NCBI GenBank assembly: GCA_002269645.1
Contig: NIVC01003455.1
Location: 1-50,297 of the forward strand
DNA length: 50,297 nt
Source: Macrostomum lignano
Lineage: Eukaryota
Direction: 5' to 3'
In this document: positions 11,598 through 24,589 of the stretch, piece after piece
Position numbering within the stretch: the stretch's first letter is position 1
How the letters are laid out: every line of letters starts with the position of its first letter
Program-made: the position numbers and the translations under genes
The notes under the pieces: generated by a model
Database searches by the model: none
What the model saw: only the letters and a program-made list of their open reading frames with translations
Told to the model about the DNA's origin: nothing

Positions 11598-12773
11598 GTC
11601 TGTCAGCCAGTTCAGTAGATCATGGACCACTAGTCACTACTACAGGTGTCTGTCAGCCAGTTCAGTAGATCATGGACCACTAGTCACTACTACAGGTGTC
11701 TGTCAGCCAGTTCAGTAGATCATGGACCACTAGTCACTACTACAGGTGTCTGTAAGCCAGTTCAGTAGTTCATGGACCACTAGTCACTACTACAGGTGTC
11801 TGTCAGCCAGTTCAGTAGATCATGGACCACTAGTCACTACTACAGGTGTCTGTCAGCCAGTCCAGTAGTTCATGGATCACTAGTCACTACTACAGGTGTC
11901 TGTCAGCCAGTCCAGTAGTTCATGGACCACTAGTCACTACTACAGGTGTCTGTCAGCCAGTCCAGTAGTTCATGGATCACTAGTCACTACTACAGGTGTC
12001 CGTCAGCCAGTCCAGTAGTTCATGGACCACTAGTCACTACTACAGGTGTCTGTCAGCCAGTCCAGTAGTTCATGGACCACTAGTCACTACTACAGGTGTC
12101 TGTCAGCCAGTTCAGTAGTTCATGGACCACTAGTCACTACTACAGGTGTCTGTCAGCCAGTTCAGTAGTTCATGGACCACTAGTCACTACTACAGGTGTC
12201 TGTCAGCCAGTTCAGTAGATCATGGACCACTAGTCACTACTACAGGTGTCTGTCAGCCAGTCCAGTAGTTCATGGATCACTAGTCACTACTACAGGTGTC
12301 TGTCAGCCAGTTCAGTAGATCATGGACCACTAGTCACTACTACAGGTGTCTGTCAGCCAGTTCAGTAGTTCATGGACCACTAGTCACTACTACAGGTGTC
12401 TGTCAGCCAGTTCAGTAGATCATGGATCACTAGTCACTACTACAGGTGTCTGTCAGCCAGTTCAATAGTTCATGGACCACTAGTCACTACTACAGGTGTC
12501 TGTCAGCCAGTTCAGTAGATCATGGACCACTAGTCACTACTACAGGTGTCTGTCAGCCAGTTCAGTAGATCATGGACCACTAGTCACTACTACAGGTGTC
12601 TGTCAGCCAGTCCAGTAGTTCATGGATCACTAGTCACTACTACAGGTGTCTGTCAGCCAGTCCAGTAGTTCATGGACCACTAGTCACTACTACAGGTGTC
12701 TGTCAGCCAGTTCAGTAGATCATGGACTACTAGTCACTACTACAGGTGTCTGTCAGCCAGTCCAGTAGTTCAT
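11598..12773. repeat. 50-bp tandem array, ~23.5 copies, intergenic
   Basis: Unit GTCTGTCAGCCAGTTCAGTAGATCATGGACCACTAGTCACTACTACAGGT, head to tail, no spacers. Confidence 0.97.
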
Positions 12774-13279
12774 GCATCATGGATGCTCTGACTTAATCTG
12801 GACAAGTACCCCATGAGCCTTGATATCTCAGAAATTCCTCAATGAGTCTTTGACATCTCGGCAGTTCAGGTTTGGTAAATCATTGTGGAAGGAAATTGTT
12901 TCACAGCAGCAGCATGCAGCGCTACGTAAGATGCACGATTGAGATGCATAGCAACCAAGAGACAGTCGCGACTGCTGTTAAAACGCTCGCATTAACGGAA
13001 TTGCCAACAAATGCGAGTGAACCCTTTGCAATTATTATCAACGAGCTAGTCAATCGGGATTTTTTTCTAGCTCTAGGCGCTAAAAGCAGTTTGTTTGACG
13101 AGTGATAATCATCTATCTGATTCAATCATCAATGCTTTACACTTGTAATTTCTGCACAGATCTATCTGTGATTTAAAAGCATCAAACAATTAGATAAGAG
13201 CGTTGATTTTTTTATCGACAGAGGGGACGATAATGGAGAAATGGACTGGGTGGTTGGCTGTCTTACCTGCGATAGCTTT

Positions 13280-14160
13280 TGCTTGACTTGAGCACCTGCA
13301 TCCTCCATCGCACCTGTCTGAGCGGACCCTCACTTGCCCGGCTATCTCCATTCTGCAGTGCGTCTTTTCGAGTCGACTGCAAAATCTGCCTGGCATTGCG
13401 GTTGTCCAATGGAACTCGCAAACTGACACCTGTTTGCTCTTTCTATTCAGCCGAGTCTGCCACCTGCTCAACCTGAGCAGCCCCGCTGACGGGTCGTCAG
13501 ACGAGGCCAACTCGTGCGAGCTCGTTGTGGACTCAGAGCTGGACGTTCTCACTGCCAATCAGCACTTTGCGTCGTATGGCTCGGAGGCAGGGGCGGGCAG
13601 CTCGAGAACCTCGTGTGCAGCGATGGCGGAGAAAAAAAATGTCATCGAGCACACCGGAAGGACGGCCTGACATCCAGGATGTGGGTAAGCGACACCAGCG
13701 GATTCGACTTCTCCAACAGCTTCACATTTCTAATGGAGCTGAAGAGGCAGCCGAAATCGAGCCCCTTGATCGAGCTCACCGACTGCAACTCTTACTCCTG
13801 GGCTTCGCAACACTTCTGGGAATGGGACCCTCTCGAGATGACTCGCAAGCTCTACATTCAAACTGGGCAACACTGGAACTTTTTCTCCACTATCCAGCAG
13901 GTGCTCCCAGTCCGAAGCGACCAGTTCGTTCGAGTCGGGTCGATGACCATCATGAACAGGACCTGACTGTTCGTCGATGGGTCCTTGATTCCCGACAACC
14001 ATGCAAAGTGTCTATCCGCGACGGAGACCAGCTCAAAATCGACAACTTCTGCATGAAGATCGGTTGTGGCGTCAGCTGACTGGCTCGTTCACCAAAATCA
14101 ACGGCACCGTGAAGATGCTGGCCGTGTCCAACTTCTACCTGACCGCCGATCATCAACCGG
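13280..14160 (+). pseudogene. Frameshifted relic, possibly a secreted protein with a LamG/concanavalin-like domain and an upstream Cys-rich segment
   Basis: Fragments in different frames: FTFLMELKRQ..PLIEL, T*LFVDGSLI, LKID..MKIG, INGTVKMLAVSNFYLTAD resemble the LamG jelly-roll pattern. Stops and frameshifts throughout. Confidence 0.3.
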
Positions 14161-14189
14161 CTGTTTAACTAAGTACGTGAGCAGATCCT

Positions 14190-14720
14190 ACTCGTAACTG
14201 GACTAAGAACGTTTTTAGGCTGGGACATAGTATGTACGGTAAAGCTCTGTGACTCTTACAAATTTAACTCAGCTTTCAATTCAATTCAGCAGAGCCAGAA
14301 TCTATCAGATGTTGAGATGTTCTCGTATCTCCAAAGCTGCTTTAGAGGCGAAAAAGAAGTTGTGCATTGAGAACCTTCAATTTACAGCTTGCGATTACCT
14401 TGCACACTATACCTGCATGGGAGCTGCTGGAGGACCGGTACAGATCGGTAGACAACTTAGTTCACCACTTTATGAAGACGCTCCAGGCAGCTCGCTGTGT
14501 GCATGGATCAGATTAAAAAACATAGCCTTTCGAGCTTCTGCAGACCCCTGTGTGTGAATATACGAAGTTCTGCTAATGCCTTATTTGGAAGCCAAACTGC
14601 CCGGCTCTGTCTGAGAATATGTAACTGCGCTCAATTCTGACTTCCACCAAGGACTCAAATTAGGGCCAGCTACGGATCGAGTGGACGCAGCTGTCAACTC
14701 TGCTGCTATCCTCAAATAGC
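14190..14720 (+). mobile_element. Decayed BEL/Pao LTR-retrotransposon gag (DUF1759-like)
   Basis: Across frameshifts: SIQQSQNLSDVEMFSYLQSCFRGE / IENLQFTACDY / AWELLEDRY / LEAKLP matches the Pao gag pattern (IH.N..LSD.EK..YL.S.L.GEA...I..L..T..NY..AWELL..RY). No LTRs or pol found. Confidence 0.75.
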
Positions 14721-15371
14721 TCGATCCTACGCAGCTTGAGCGGCTCTCCAGCTCAAACATACCCAAGGAAGTGCTGCCTTGCATGACGAGTTAAAATTAC
14801 ATCGCGCTCGCTGTATCACGTGTTGCACACAGCTTCTCTCCTGGACAGGCTGGCAAGGAGCTCCGGCCGGGTGAGCACAACTTTTTTGGAGAGGCGTCTG
14901 TTGCGGAGTTTGACCACTCGATCTTCAGGGTCAACTCTTCGTTACACTAAAGTAAAAATCAGGTAAAAAAGGTGTTGTGTTACAGTACACTGAGCTTGCA
15001 TTGATCAATGTTCAAAAGGCTTGAACGCGTATATTATTTATTTATGCAAAGAAAATGGTCGAATACATCTCCGTTTATACTGGAGGAGGCGCTTGAAGAT
15101 TTGCGCGACCACTGCCGCCTCAACGGCTGCGCAATTGTTAATGAGCATGCAGTCTGACGCCAATTAGTGAATCGGGTATGTTATGCTTTCATCCTCACCT
15201 CAATTGGGCATTTACTTTCATCGCAAAATAAGATTCCATGCAGTGTCTGCTGGCCGTCGGCTCCGCTATGATGCGATTTACGATGATGACGCTATTGGGA
15301 CATGCATGTGGCTGCTCCTCGCGCAGGGCGCTGGTCTGTCTCAAGTTAAGCTACAAATGTAGCTACCAGCA

Positions 15372-16009
15372 GTAGAATGCATGAGGGGGCTTCTGGGACA
15401 AAATTTTTAACGTCCTCCATAATCCCATTAAATCCATCCATATAATCCCCGACAGAATCAGAGCATAACCGGTGTCCTACTGTTATGCTCAGAGCATAAA
15501 CTCTCTGAGCATAACAGCTCCAAATCCACCCATAGCATCTTCGAAACAATCAGAAAAGAATCTGCATTCTTCTCCCCACATTCAATCCGCAACGCGAAAC
15601 CAGATCCCTAAGACTTTAAATCATCAGCGCAGGGTGCTTATCCTTTGAAAAAAATTAAATTCTTCATAAAAATGTTTCCAGTTGTCTCTCCAGGTTCTTA
15701 TTACAAAGCGCATGAGCCTAATTACAAAAGTAAAGTACCAAATGCAAACTTGAATGCAGCGAATACATGAGAAAATATATTGACCCGGCGTTGATATCAA
15801 TGTCCCTAATATTAATCTAGCTCTCCAAAGACACTGGTTTCGTAAGTATGGAGTACCCTACGTAAAAGATTACGACAGCTACTATAACTTTGCAGAAATC
15901 ATTAGGCAATTATGATTTCTTACATTCTCTCAATGATAATATGGATGGATTTTATGGGATTATGGAGGACGTTAAAATTTTGTCCCAGAAGCCCCCTCAT
16001 GCATTCTAC
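15372..16009. mobile_element. Non-autonomous TIR DNA transposon (MITE), ~638 bp
   Basis: ~72-bp inverted arms (15372-15443 and 15939-16009; 1 substitution, 1 indel). Direct repeat CTACCAGCAG at 15363-15372 and 16009-16018 (8-bp TSD TACCAGCA or 10-bp TSD). Confidence 0.88.
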
Positions 16010-19000
16010 TACCAGCAGAGCGCCGCGGTAAAATCGTGCATCTCGCAGCAGAGATTATACACTGTGAGTAGAGGCATATCACATCGTGTACAGAGAGAGT
16101 ACAAGGGGAGAATTCATCGGACACGTACGCAGGACAATTGTGGCGGCCATCGTGAATGACAAGGACCCCTGTAGTAAACGAGCTAGACATGAAACTCAAA
16201 GATTATAATTTTTACGAGGCTAATTTCCTGGATAAAATACACTGCAGATCGATCAGATATGGGACAATTTTTTTCATCACAAAATTTACGATTGCGTTTG
16301 ATCTGGGGCAGCTTGAAGATTACGATCATCGACATCCGCGGATGGCTTTCGACTGCGATGACCACTACGATCAGCCCGCCTACTTTTCAAGCCGATGAAG
16401 GCGTACACCTTTCTGGAACCGGCCGTCCTCGCGGCAGGCTAAGACCCCGGCCGTAGGATAATACACAAGGACGACTAAAGTAACGTATAATCTACTTAAG
16501 TAGTCCTTTGATAATACTACACACATTTCTTTAATTTAGCATGCACATAAAATGTTACTCTGTTGTGATGTAGGCGCGACTCCTGCCCCCCCCCATGCAC
16601 TAATTTTTGTGCACCCAGCTTCCTTTTTCCCTAAGCTGTGATTCCCGCGCCTCGGCGTGTACGTAAGTCCTTGTTTCGGCACTATACCTACATACATGCA
16701 GTAGACTGTCCTTGTACAGCTGTATGCCTCGCATACCTGAGTCCCTTAATCGGCTATTTCTAATACACAGGGGTCAAGAACCTTCGTCTTTTACAGACCG
16801 GGAGTCCCGTCTCGTTAAGTGGGAGTTTTTAACGGGTGTACTCCTGCACAGGTGACTGCATATGGCCCGAGTCGGCCACGCCTGTGGAATGCATCTGTAT
16901 CCCTTTAAACACCCCCGGGCGGGCCCGCTGTCTAGATAAAGGGATCTTGGCCTCAACGTATATAGCTACCGCACCATCCAGAGGCGGACAAAGTCTAAAG
17001 GGACGAGACCATGGTAGCTGTACCTGAATGCAGCGCCAGAGCCCAGGGGTGGCACAGATGTTTTCATGCTGCCGCACGGGTTAAGTTAATTTTACGCCGG
17101 ATGTATTTTATTACGTACAGCTGCATATAGTTGTGTAGCTACGAGTATATAGAAACTTCGAAAAGAAAGAATTGAGGATTGAATTCACATACATGTACCA
17201 TATGGTTTACTGAGTCTCTAAAATTAATTGTTAACTATTCATTTACATGTGCATGTATACAGTATACATGTACTACATAGCGATAATTATAGCGATGCGA
17301 TAACAACAATATATATATATATTCCTGTCCGGCTCTCCAGCCTATTTCTAAAAAATTGACCGTAGTGCCCTTCTACTTTAGTTTTCCAGTGGCGTGAAAA
17401 CGAGAGCGTCCCAGCGACAGATCTGCGCGCTTTGTAAAATATGTACACATTGTTCATTGTATTAGAGAGCAGAATTGGCTTAGCGTGGGTTGTGGGACGA
17501 TCTTGCCAAAAACGTTGCATTAGGATGCCGACAGCGCTTGAGTCATATTATTAATTTTATAAAAGCGATTGTATTTGAAGCTGCTTACGTATTTGAAGCC
17601 AATTTTGAGTGGTCACAAAATCGTTGTATAGATTTTTCGTTACTTGTGCATTGCTTGTGCGATTCATTAGTTTATTTATCTTTTGTGTGAATAAGCTGTA
17701 TATCAATGCCTTTAAAAACAAAATGAAACATTAACTCCACGCAATATCGTAAATTTTTGTTAAAACAGATAGCGTTGACCGATTGAAAATAGCACTTTTT
17801 TAAGCAAGACGTGGAGGTTGCCAGCATTCTATACATAATTGATCTTGAAATATAGTTAATAAAAGCCATTGAACTTTGCGTCATTGATTAAAGCGTCAAG
17901 AAACTTTGAGGTTCTCAACACCATTTAAACATTTAATAATGTGGCTATTCTATTTGTAATACTTTATTTGTTACTATAGTTTTGTATTTCTTTTTGACTA
18001 GATTTTATTCTGCAATTTAGTTTAAAAAAATAGTGCATTAGTTAAGACGAATTTTGTACTCACTGCTTACATTTCGAGGACAAATAATATTAAAGTAAAG
18101 TTTACTGCTTCTGTATCTAAATTTCAAGCATATCTAATACAAAAGATTGGTTAGAATGCAAATAAAAGTTTATTAGCCTAATATAAATAAAATAGGCCTA
18201 AATATTATATTGTATTGACTCTGTTAGTCTCTGTACTTTTGAAATTTTGTTTAGTCTTAAAACTCAGTTAAAGCTCAAATTTCTTTAAATTTAAAAAAAA
18301 TACAATAGCCCTTGGCCTTGGCCTTTATTTTGGATGTCATTGTTTTGTAAACTTGTCTTTTTTGTAAAAAAGATGACATTTTGTTTTATCCTAATGTGAA
18401 TTTTTAAGCTAGATATATTTATAAAAGTTTTTTCTTTCATTCTAGTTTATTTTGATTTTTATTCGTCACATTTTTCATATTTTCATATTTTAATTTAAAT
18501 GATAATATCTATATAAATTAACATTCAATGATTCAAGTAGAAAGTTAGCTGTTTATTGATATTTATTGTTTTTATATTATCATTTTTGACTAGTCTATGC
18601 CATGGTTGGAAAGATGGCAAAAACAATCTAACAATCTATCTTATGCTTCTAAGCCTATACTCTTTATATATTTTTTCATTAGGCCCCTTAATAGAATTAT
18701 TTTATAAATTTTTATAAAATATCTAAATAGCTTTTGTTTATAAATTATGAAACATTTAAGAATTTAAATTATATGGTAATCAGAAAGAAGGTATGTATGC
18801 TAGAAATTTCTAGAGTACATTAAAGAAATTTGCCATATGTATTGATATACAAAAAAGTCATTTGGGTTTTTGGTATAAAATATATCCTTAAAAAATATAT
18901 TATTACTAATAGTCACAATAGTTTTTGACATATATATATATAATTGTAAAATTTGATAGCCCCTTTATCTGAAACTGACTACCCTATTGTTTACAAGGTA

Positions 19001-19948
19001 AAGTTTTAAAATTTCAACAAAAATGTCCAAATTCTACTTTTGTTCTTTATATATATTAAATGTTATACAAATATAACTAATACTTTTAGTCTTAACTTTG
19101 TCTAATTGAAATTAAATATAAAATCACTAGTCTAGTCTTAATGTTTAAAAATTGACAATTTATAACTTTGTATAAAATAATAGATTAGGCATTAGAGGTT
19201 AGACACTATAGTCTTATTGATGCACCTACTATGCAGGAACATTTTTTGGTTGCTAAGCAAGTTGCACATGGCGGGCTGCCAGTAATTATGCTTTACATGT
19301 GGGCCCATAAGGCCTTGCAACAATAATAGACCTTTTTGCACCTGCAATAATAAAGGACCTTTTTTATTACAACAATTATATATATTACACAATGAATTTT
19401 TTAATTGATATGAAAAAACAAGACTAGGACTAACATTAAAAAACAATAACCAAATTTTGTAATGCCACCAATGTAATTAATACATGAAAAAAAATTGAAA
19501 ATGTTTGCTATAAATAAACATTTCCTATAAATGTTTATAACATTTAGTATGTATGCAGCGAAACTCTAACAAAAGTAAACAGTTTTACAAAACAAAAAAA
19601 ATGTATTTGTTACATAAAAAAATACAAAAATTGTTGAAACATATATAGGAAAATATTAATTTTTTTAGGAAAAAAAGCATATTTATATTAACAAGACCAT
19701 TAATTCAGTCTAATAAATGTTCAATTTGGTCCTAATAAGCTACACTATTGACTGTCTTGAATCCACTACACATAGCATGCCAATGCATTATTCAAGGCCC
19801 CTTTGCATGAGAATTTTTACCAAAAAAGGCTTTTATAAGACAGGGTTAGACAATATCAAATTGTTGAGATTTTCAAGACTTGAGATCTTTTGAGATGATT
19901 GAGATTCTATATCAAGATTCAAGATAAGCCTAATTTGTATATAGTAGT

Positions 19949-21049
19949 TGAAGCGGCTCACGTGCGGCAAGATGAAGACCACTTGTCTTTTAATAAAGTG
20001 CTGCGGCTGGGCCTTTTATGGCTCAAGTTTATTTGGGCCATAGACAGTTTGAGCAACAGTGGCTGGCTCTGTCAAAAGTACATGTGTCTGCTACACAACT
20101 CCTCCCAGAGCCAGACAATGTTGCTCTTGCATTGTGCTTGTCGGGAGCTTAGCTGCTGTGGCAAACGGCTGGGTCGGCAGCGATTACTTTGTCACTAACG
20201 CAATGGAAACAACTGGGTTGGAAAAGGGTCAACAGCAGTGGATGACCGGGTTGGGGCATCTAAATTGGTAATGTGAAACTGTTAGTAGCACAGAAATCAA
20301 AAGCGTGCAGAGTATTTGGCTGGCTTGATGGCAGGTGTTCAGGGACTGTCCAAAAGTGTGAGCACTTTGCTGTTGATAGATCGAGCTGCGGGCTGGTGGC
20401 GTTGTCGAACAGTTGAGGTCATAGGCACTAGCATCCTCGAGGCCAAGGGCAGCGGCAGCAGTAGATGGTTGTGCTGATAATGATGTTGCTGGTATGTATG
20501 CCATTGTGGTGGTGATCCATTGGTAGCATGGTAGGGCCTGCAGCGCAGAAAAGTGCATCGATGCTTTGTCCGACATGTCCGCCTGTGCTGCTGGGACAAG
20601 GCATTGCCAAGGTGAGCTGCATTGATGTCATAGTGTCGTGTGGAGCATTGCAAGCAAACTTTGGCAGGCAAGAGCCCCTTACCTGGAGTGCACTGCTCAT
20701 CTACTGCATAACCGCAATGACCAGGAATCAGTCATGGTCACTTAGATGCGGCTCTAGTCAGAAGCACTGAGCCGGATGTAGGGATCGAGGTGGCCGATGG
20801 CTTTGGCTGGACTCGGAAAACCTGGTGGCTGAAGCTGTGATGAGACAGCGGGCAAAAAGCTTGAAATACTCAGCTACGGCTGAGTATAGTCGGGCTCACC
20901 ACTGAAGCAGCTCGCGTGCGGCGAGATGAAGACCGCTTGTCTTTTAATAAAGAGCTGTGGCTGGGCCTTTTACGGCCCGAGTTTATTTGGGCCATAGACA
21001 GTTTGAGCAGCAGTGGCTGGCTCTGTCAAAATTCCATGTGTCCACTACA
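19949..21049 (-). mobile_element. Short non-autonomous LTR element (TRIM-like or internally deleted, Gypsy-like)
   Basis: Two 147-bp LTRs (20903-21049, 19949-20095) with TG...CA ends on the minus strand. PBS TGGTGAGCCCGA 1 nt after the 5' LTR, purine tract GGGAGGAG before the 3' LTR, flanks TAGT/TAGG. Degenerate 'LR..QSNRCRPSRL' pol-end motif. Confidence 0.88.
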
Positions 21050-22173
21050 TAGGCCTATTAACATTATTTTAATTTATCTATGTTAATGTTGTTACTTATT
21101 ATATATATACAATGATAATAAAAGAAATAAAACCAATAAATATTTAATATTGAGCTTATTAATAACTTAATATAAGGCCTATATCGAATGTAAGTATGAT
21201 ACTGAATAATATTGGCAAGCTTCTAGATAGAGCAGTTTATAGATAAATGAATTTAGTAGGCCTAGCTAAAGCCATAGATAGAGCAATATAACAGGCAATA
21301 AAAGTAGCAATAGATGGAATGGTAAATAGAGCAGTAGATAAAGTGATAGATAGAGCAGTAAATAAAGTGATATCTAGACTAGTAGATAAAGTGATTGAAC
21401 AATAGAGGATAAAGCATTTTCTAATGCCATTTTAATCCCTTTTGGCCATAGACATCATTTTCTACTATGGCACTACCACTATATTGTAGCACTGATTCAA
21501 ACTTAAAATTAATATCAAAAAACAAACTGCCAAAATATTATAGTCACAAATAGTCATTATTGCAAATCTTGACCTTTTTGAAATCCTAAAACCAAGATTA
21601 AGATAAAAAATGCCAAGATCTTGACAATTAAGATTAAAATTAATATCTTGTCTGACCTTTATAACTTTTGGTATATATCACTGTAGATCATAAAAATTGG
21701 TCACTTTTTCCAAAGTACATTTTAAATGCTTAGAACTATGGTTAGTTTAATGATAATTTAATGTTTTATTATTAAATTGCAAAAAAATTACATTGCATAC
21801 TTAAGACCTCAATATATATTATGATTATGTATCAAAACAATCATCCTTTAATATCCTTTATATTATCCTTTATTATGCCATTATTTTCTGTGGCAAAGGC
21901 TTCATTTTTAACTATTAATATTATGTTTTTTGTTACAAAACTTTTTATTTTGCAACTGTATATTTTTGTTTCAATAAGAACTTTTAATTATTCAGAAAAA
22001 GAGAAACACCTGCATAAATGACAATTTTAGTACAGTAGGTTTTTTATCATATTTAGTATAGTTGGATTGATGTATATTGTTGCGGAATTCAAACGAAATG
22101 TAGCATTTCATGTACATGTTTAATTAAAATAATGATTTTTATTTGCCCTTCCTACAAGTTACATGTAGCTATA

Positions 22174-22420
22174 CAGTGGCAGATCTAGTTTTTTTGGGGG
22201 CAGTCTAAGTTTTGGGCACCAACACAAGTATAAGGGTGCCAATTTAGGGGCTCAAAAAAGGTGTGTAGGGGGCAATAAGATATAAGCTTAGGGCACAAAA
22301 ATGGTGTTTCGGGGTGAAAATCAAGTTTAGGGGGGGTGCAAACTTTGGTTTTTTCGGGGGTGCATTATGTTCTGTCAGGCTACTTATTTTAGGGATGCCC
22401 CCCCCCCAATTCTGCCCTTG
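22174..22420. mobile_element. hAT-type MITE, 247 bp
   Basis: Imperfect TIRs CAGTGGCAGAT... / ...ATTCTGCCCTTG. 8-bp TSD TAGCTATA (22166-22173) / TAGCTAGA (22421-22428). Confidence 0.7.
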
Positions 22421-24589
22421 TAGCTAGATGTACATTCAACCCTCTCTATGCTGCGTCATCCCACCTTCATTTTTGTCCTTTTCTCTCTGGCCTGCATGCC
22501 TAGGTACAAGTACAAACCTCCACTCTTGTTTTTCTATCTGCCCCGCACTTCATGTACGCTAGGCCTATTATTAGTGTCCCCTCATTCTAAAATTCAAGAC
22601 AAATATAAGTTTTGTTGCACTAAGCGTGCTGGTGGGCTGGTCCATTTGTGGGTATTGCCTGTGAGAGTTGCCGTAATTGTTTACGCATTATATAGCAAAT
22701 GATTTATTGAGTCAAACTTCTTAACAAGTAATTGTACATGCATTGTTATTCCTTTCAACTTGTGTATAAATGCTAGTCAGATGTTACAGTCGGCATTACA
22801 CAAGGTGGCCCAACTGTGGTTTAACATAATTTTTTTGGACCAAACTGTGCTTCTAAACCCACTATTTAAATATCCAGGGATGGTATGTAGATCACATGCA
22901 AGTGGACATGCCACAATCTTTAAATACTTAGATGCGATTTCGTTGACTAAATGTTAGATTAGAGAGCTGATGGGTAGGAGGCACCAATTGATCTTCATTT
23001 GCAACTGCAAGGCTTTATTTTTTTGCCTCCCCACCACCTGTGTCCAGTGCAACGTCAAGAAGAATGCAGACAGCTTGATCAGCTTCTTCAAAGACTGGTT
23101 GAACTGTGTATGATTGTTTTATAAGTGCTGCCTCATCCAGAATACAGCAGGTCATAATAGCGTACATCAGTTTCAACTTTAAAAACCTGCTGGAGGCGCA
23201 AATTCTCTTCAATTTTTATGGAATTAATGATTTGGCCCTTAATTGGCTTTTTTGACTTGGAACATACAAGTCACTATATCCCATACAGAGCAAGGTTACC
23301 CCAAAAGAGGGATTCAATAACATTCTTGTACTTTATATGTATGTAACTATGGTTTCCAAGTATCAGTTCCAAAAATACGAGTAATATCCTTTTCATATAT
23401 TCTCTTTTATATATGGTAGTTTTACCTATATAAATAATATTCTGATTACAAAAGCATTAAAATTTATAAATGACACCTGCTTATTAAAAACCTGATTAAA
23501 CACTTTGATAAGGCTATTTTTGTAGTGTAGAGAAGCAGACCCACACTAGAACCATATAAAGAAGTAGAGATATAAGTGTGATCTGTCATTGGATTTTTCT
23601 TTCTTTTTCTTTATTCGATTGTATATTTATATAATAAAATCTATACACTAGTTTTGTACTGTCTGTCTGTCTTTGATTTTTTTGACAACCATCAGGCTAT
23701 TTTTTTCAAATTGTAATTATTTAGCAATCATGCATAACTTTTTTGATAAAAAATTCAAATTGAAAGTGGGTAAAATATTTGAAAACAATTTTTTTATGCT
23801 TTCAATTGGCATTGTTTCTAAATTAAATTGTTCAGTTCAACCATTTAGGCCTCTTCCTGGCCTTAGTATGTACATTAACAATAAAGCTAAGAAGTTTTTT
23901 GGCCCCTCATGTGGCAAGTTCACCATTTACCAGTCTAATAGACACACAATAAAGGAGGGGGTAGGGGTTTAAAGCTGGCCTGAAATGCATGCATTGTGCA
24001 TATTTTATTGACCCCCAAAAACTGCTCTGATCTTGTTTGTGTTATTTTACAACACAGGGTAGCACAGTTGCAGATAGTGGCAAGCTAGTAGGCCCAACTA
24101 ATTCAGATTCATTTGGCAAATTGGTATTTAAATTTATACTAATTGGAAATGGGTCAAATATAAAAAAACAATGTTTTCTAATGATTTCATTGTTTGAAGT
24201 CTGAATTTAGGGCTTAGTGCATATTAGGCATATATTTAGTAGTGCACTAGTAAATAATAAATATATAGGATACATTATTATAGTACATTCTAATTTATTT
24301 TATAAATATAGTACATTCTAAATATAGTAAATATAGTAAATTATAGTACTTTCACAGGGTTGTACTATAACTATAATACTAATTAATTAATTTCAGTCTT
24401 AAGTCCAACGCTCTAACTAACCACTAGGCTATGAATTATCAATACCATAAAAATTCAAAAAGTATTTCAAATCTTGTTTGAAGTTATTCTTAAAGTGCAT
24501 GCGAACTAGTTATTCTCATGTATGATAAATCTACTAGAACTTAACAATTGCTGCCTGCAGACATCAGCTGTAATAAAAATTGCGACACC

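Noticed and set aside
11598-12773. 50-bp array as a CRISPR locus
   Set aside because: Units are head to tail with no unique spacers, there are no cas genes, and the context is eukaryotic.
13960-14079. FHA domain suggested by ...VSIRDGDQLKID
   Set aside because: The conserved FHA GR and SxxH motifs were not found; surrounding fragments fit a LamG-like relic slightly better, and both calls are weak.
16560-17110. GC-rich island with a CAGGGGTC hAT-like start at ~16768
   Set aside because: No matching inverted end or TSD found, and no A/B box or ribozyme core recognised.
22900-23230. Coding-like minus-strand fragment (EENLRLQQVFKVETDVRYY...)
   Set aside because: Interrupted by stops, cannot be assigned to a family, and has no flanking structure.
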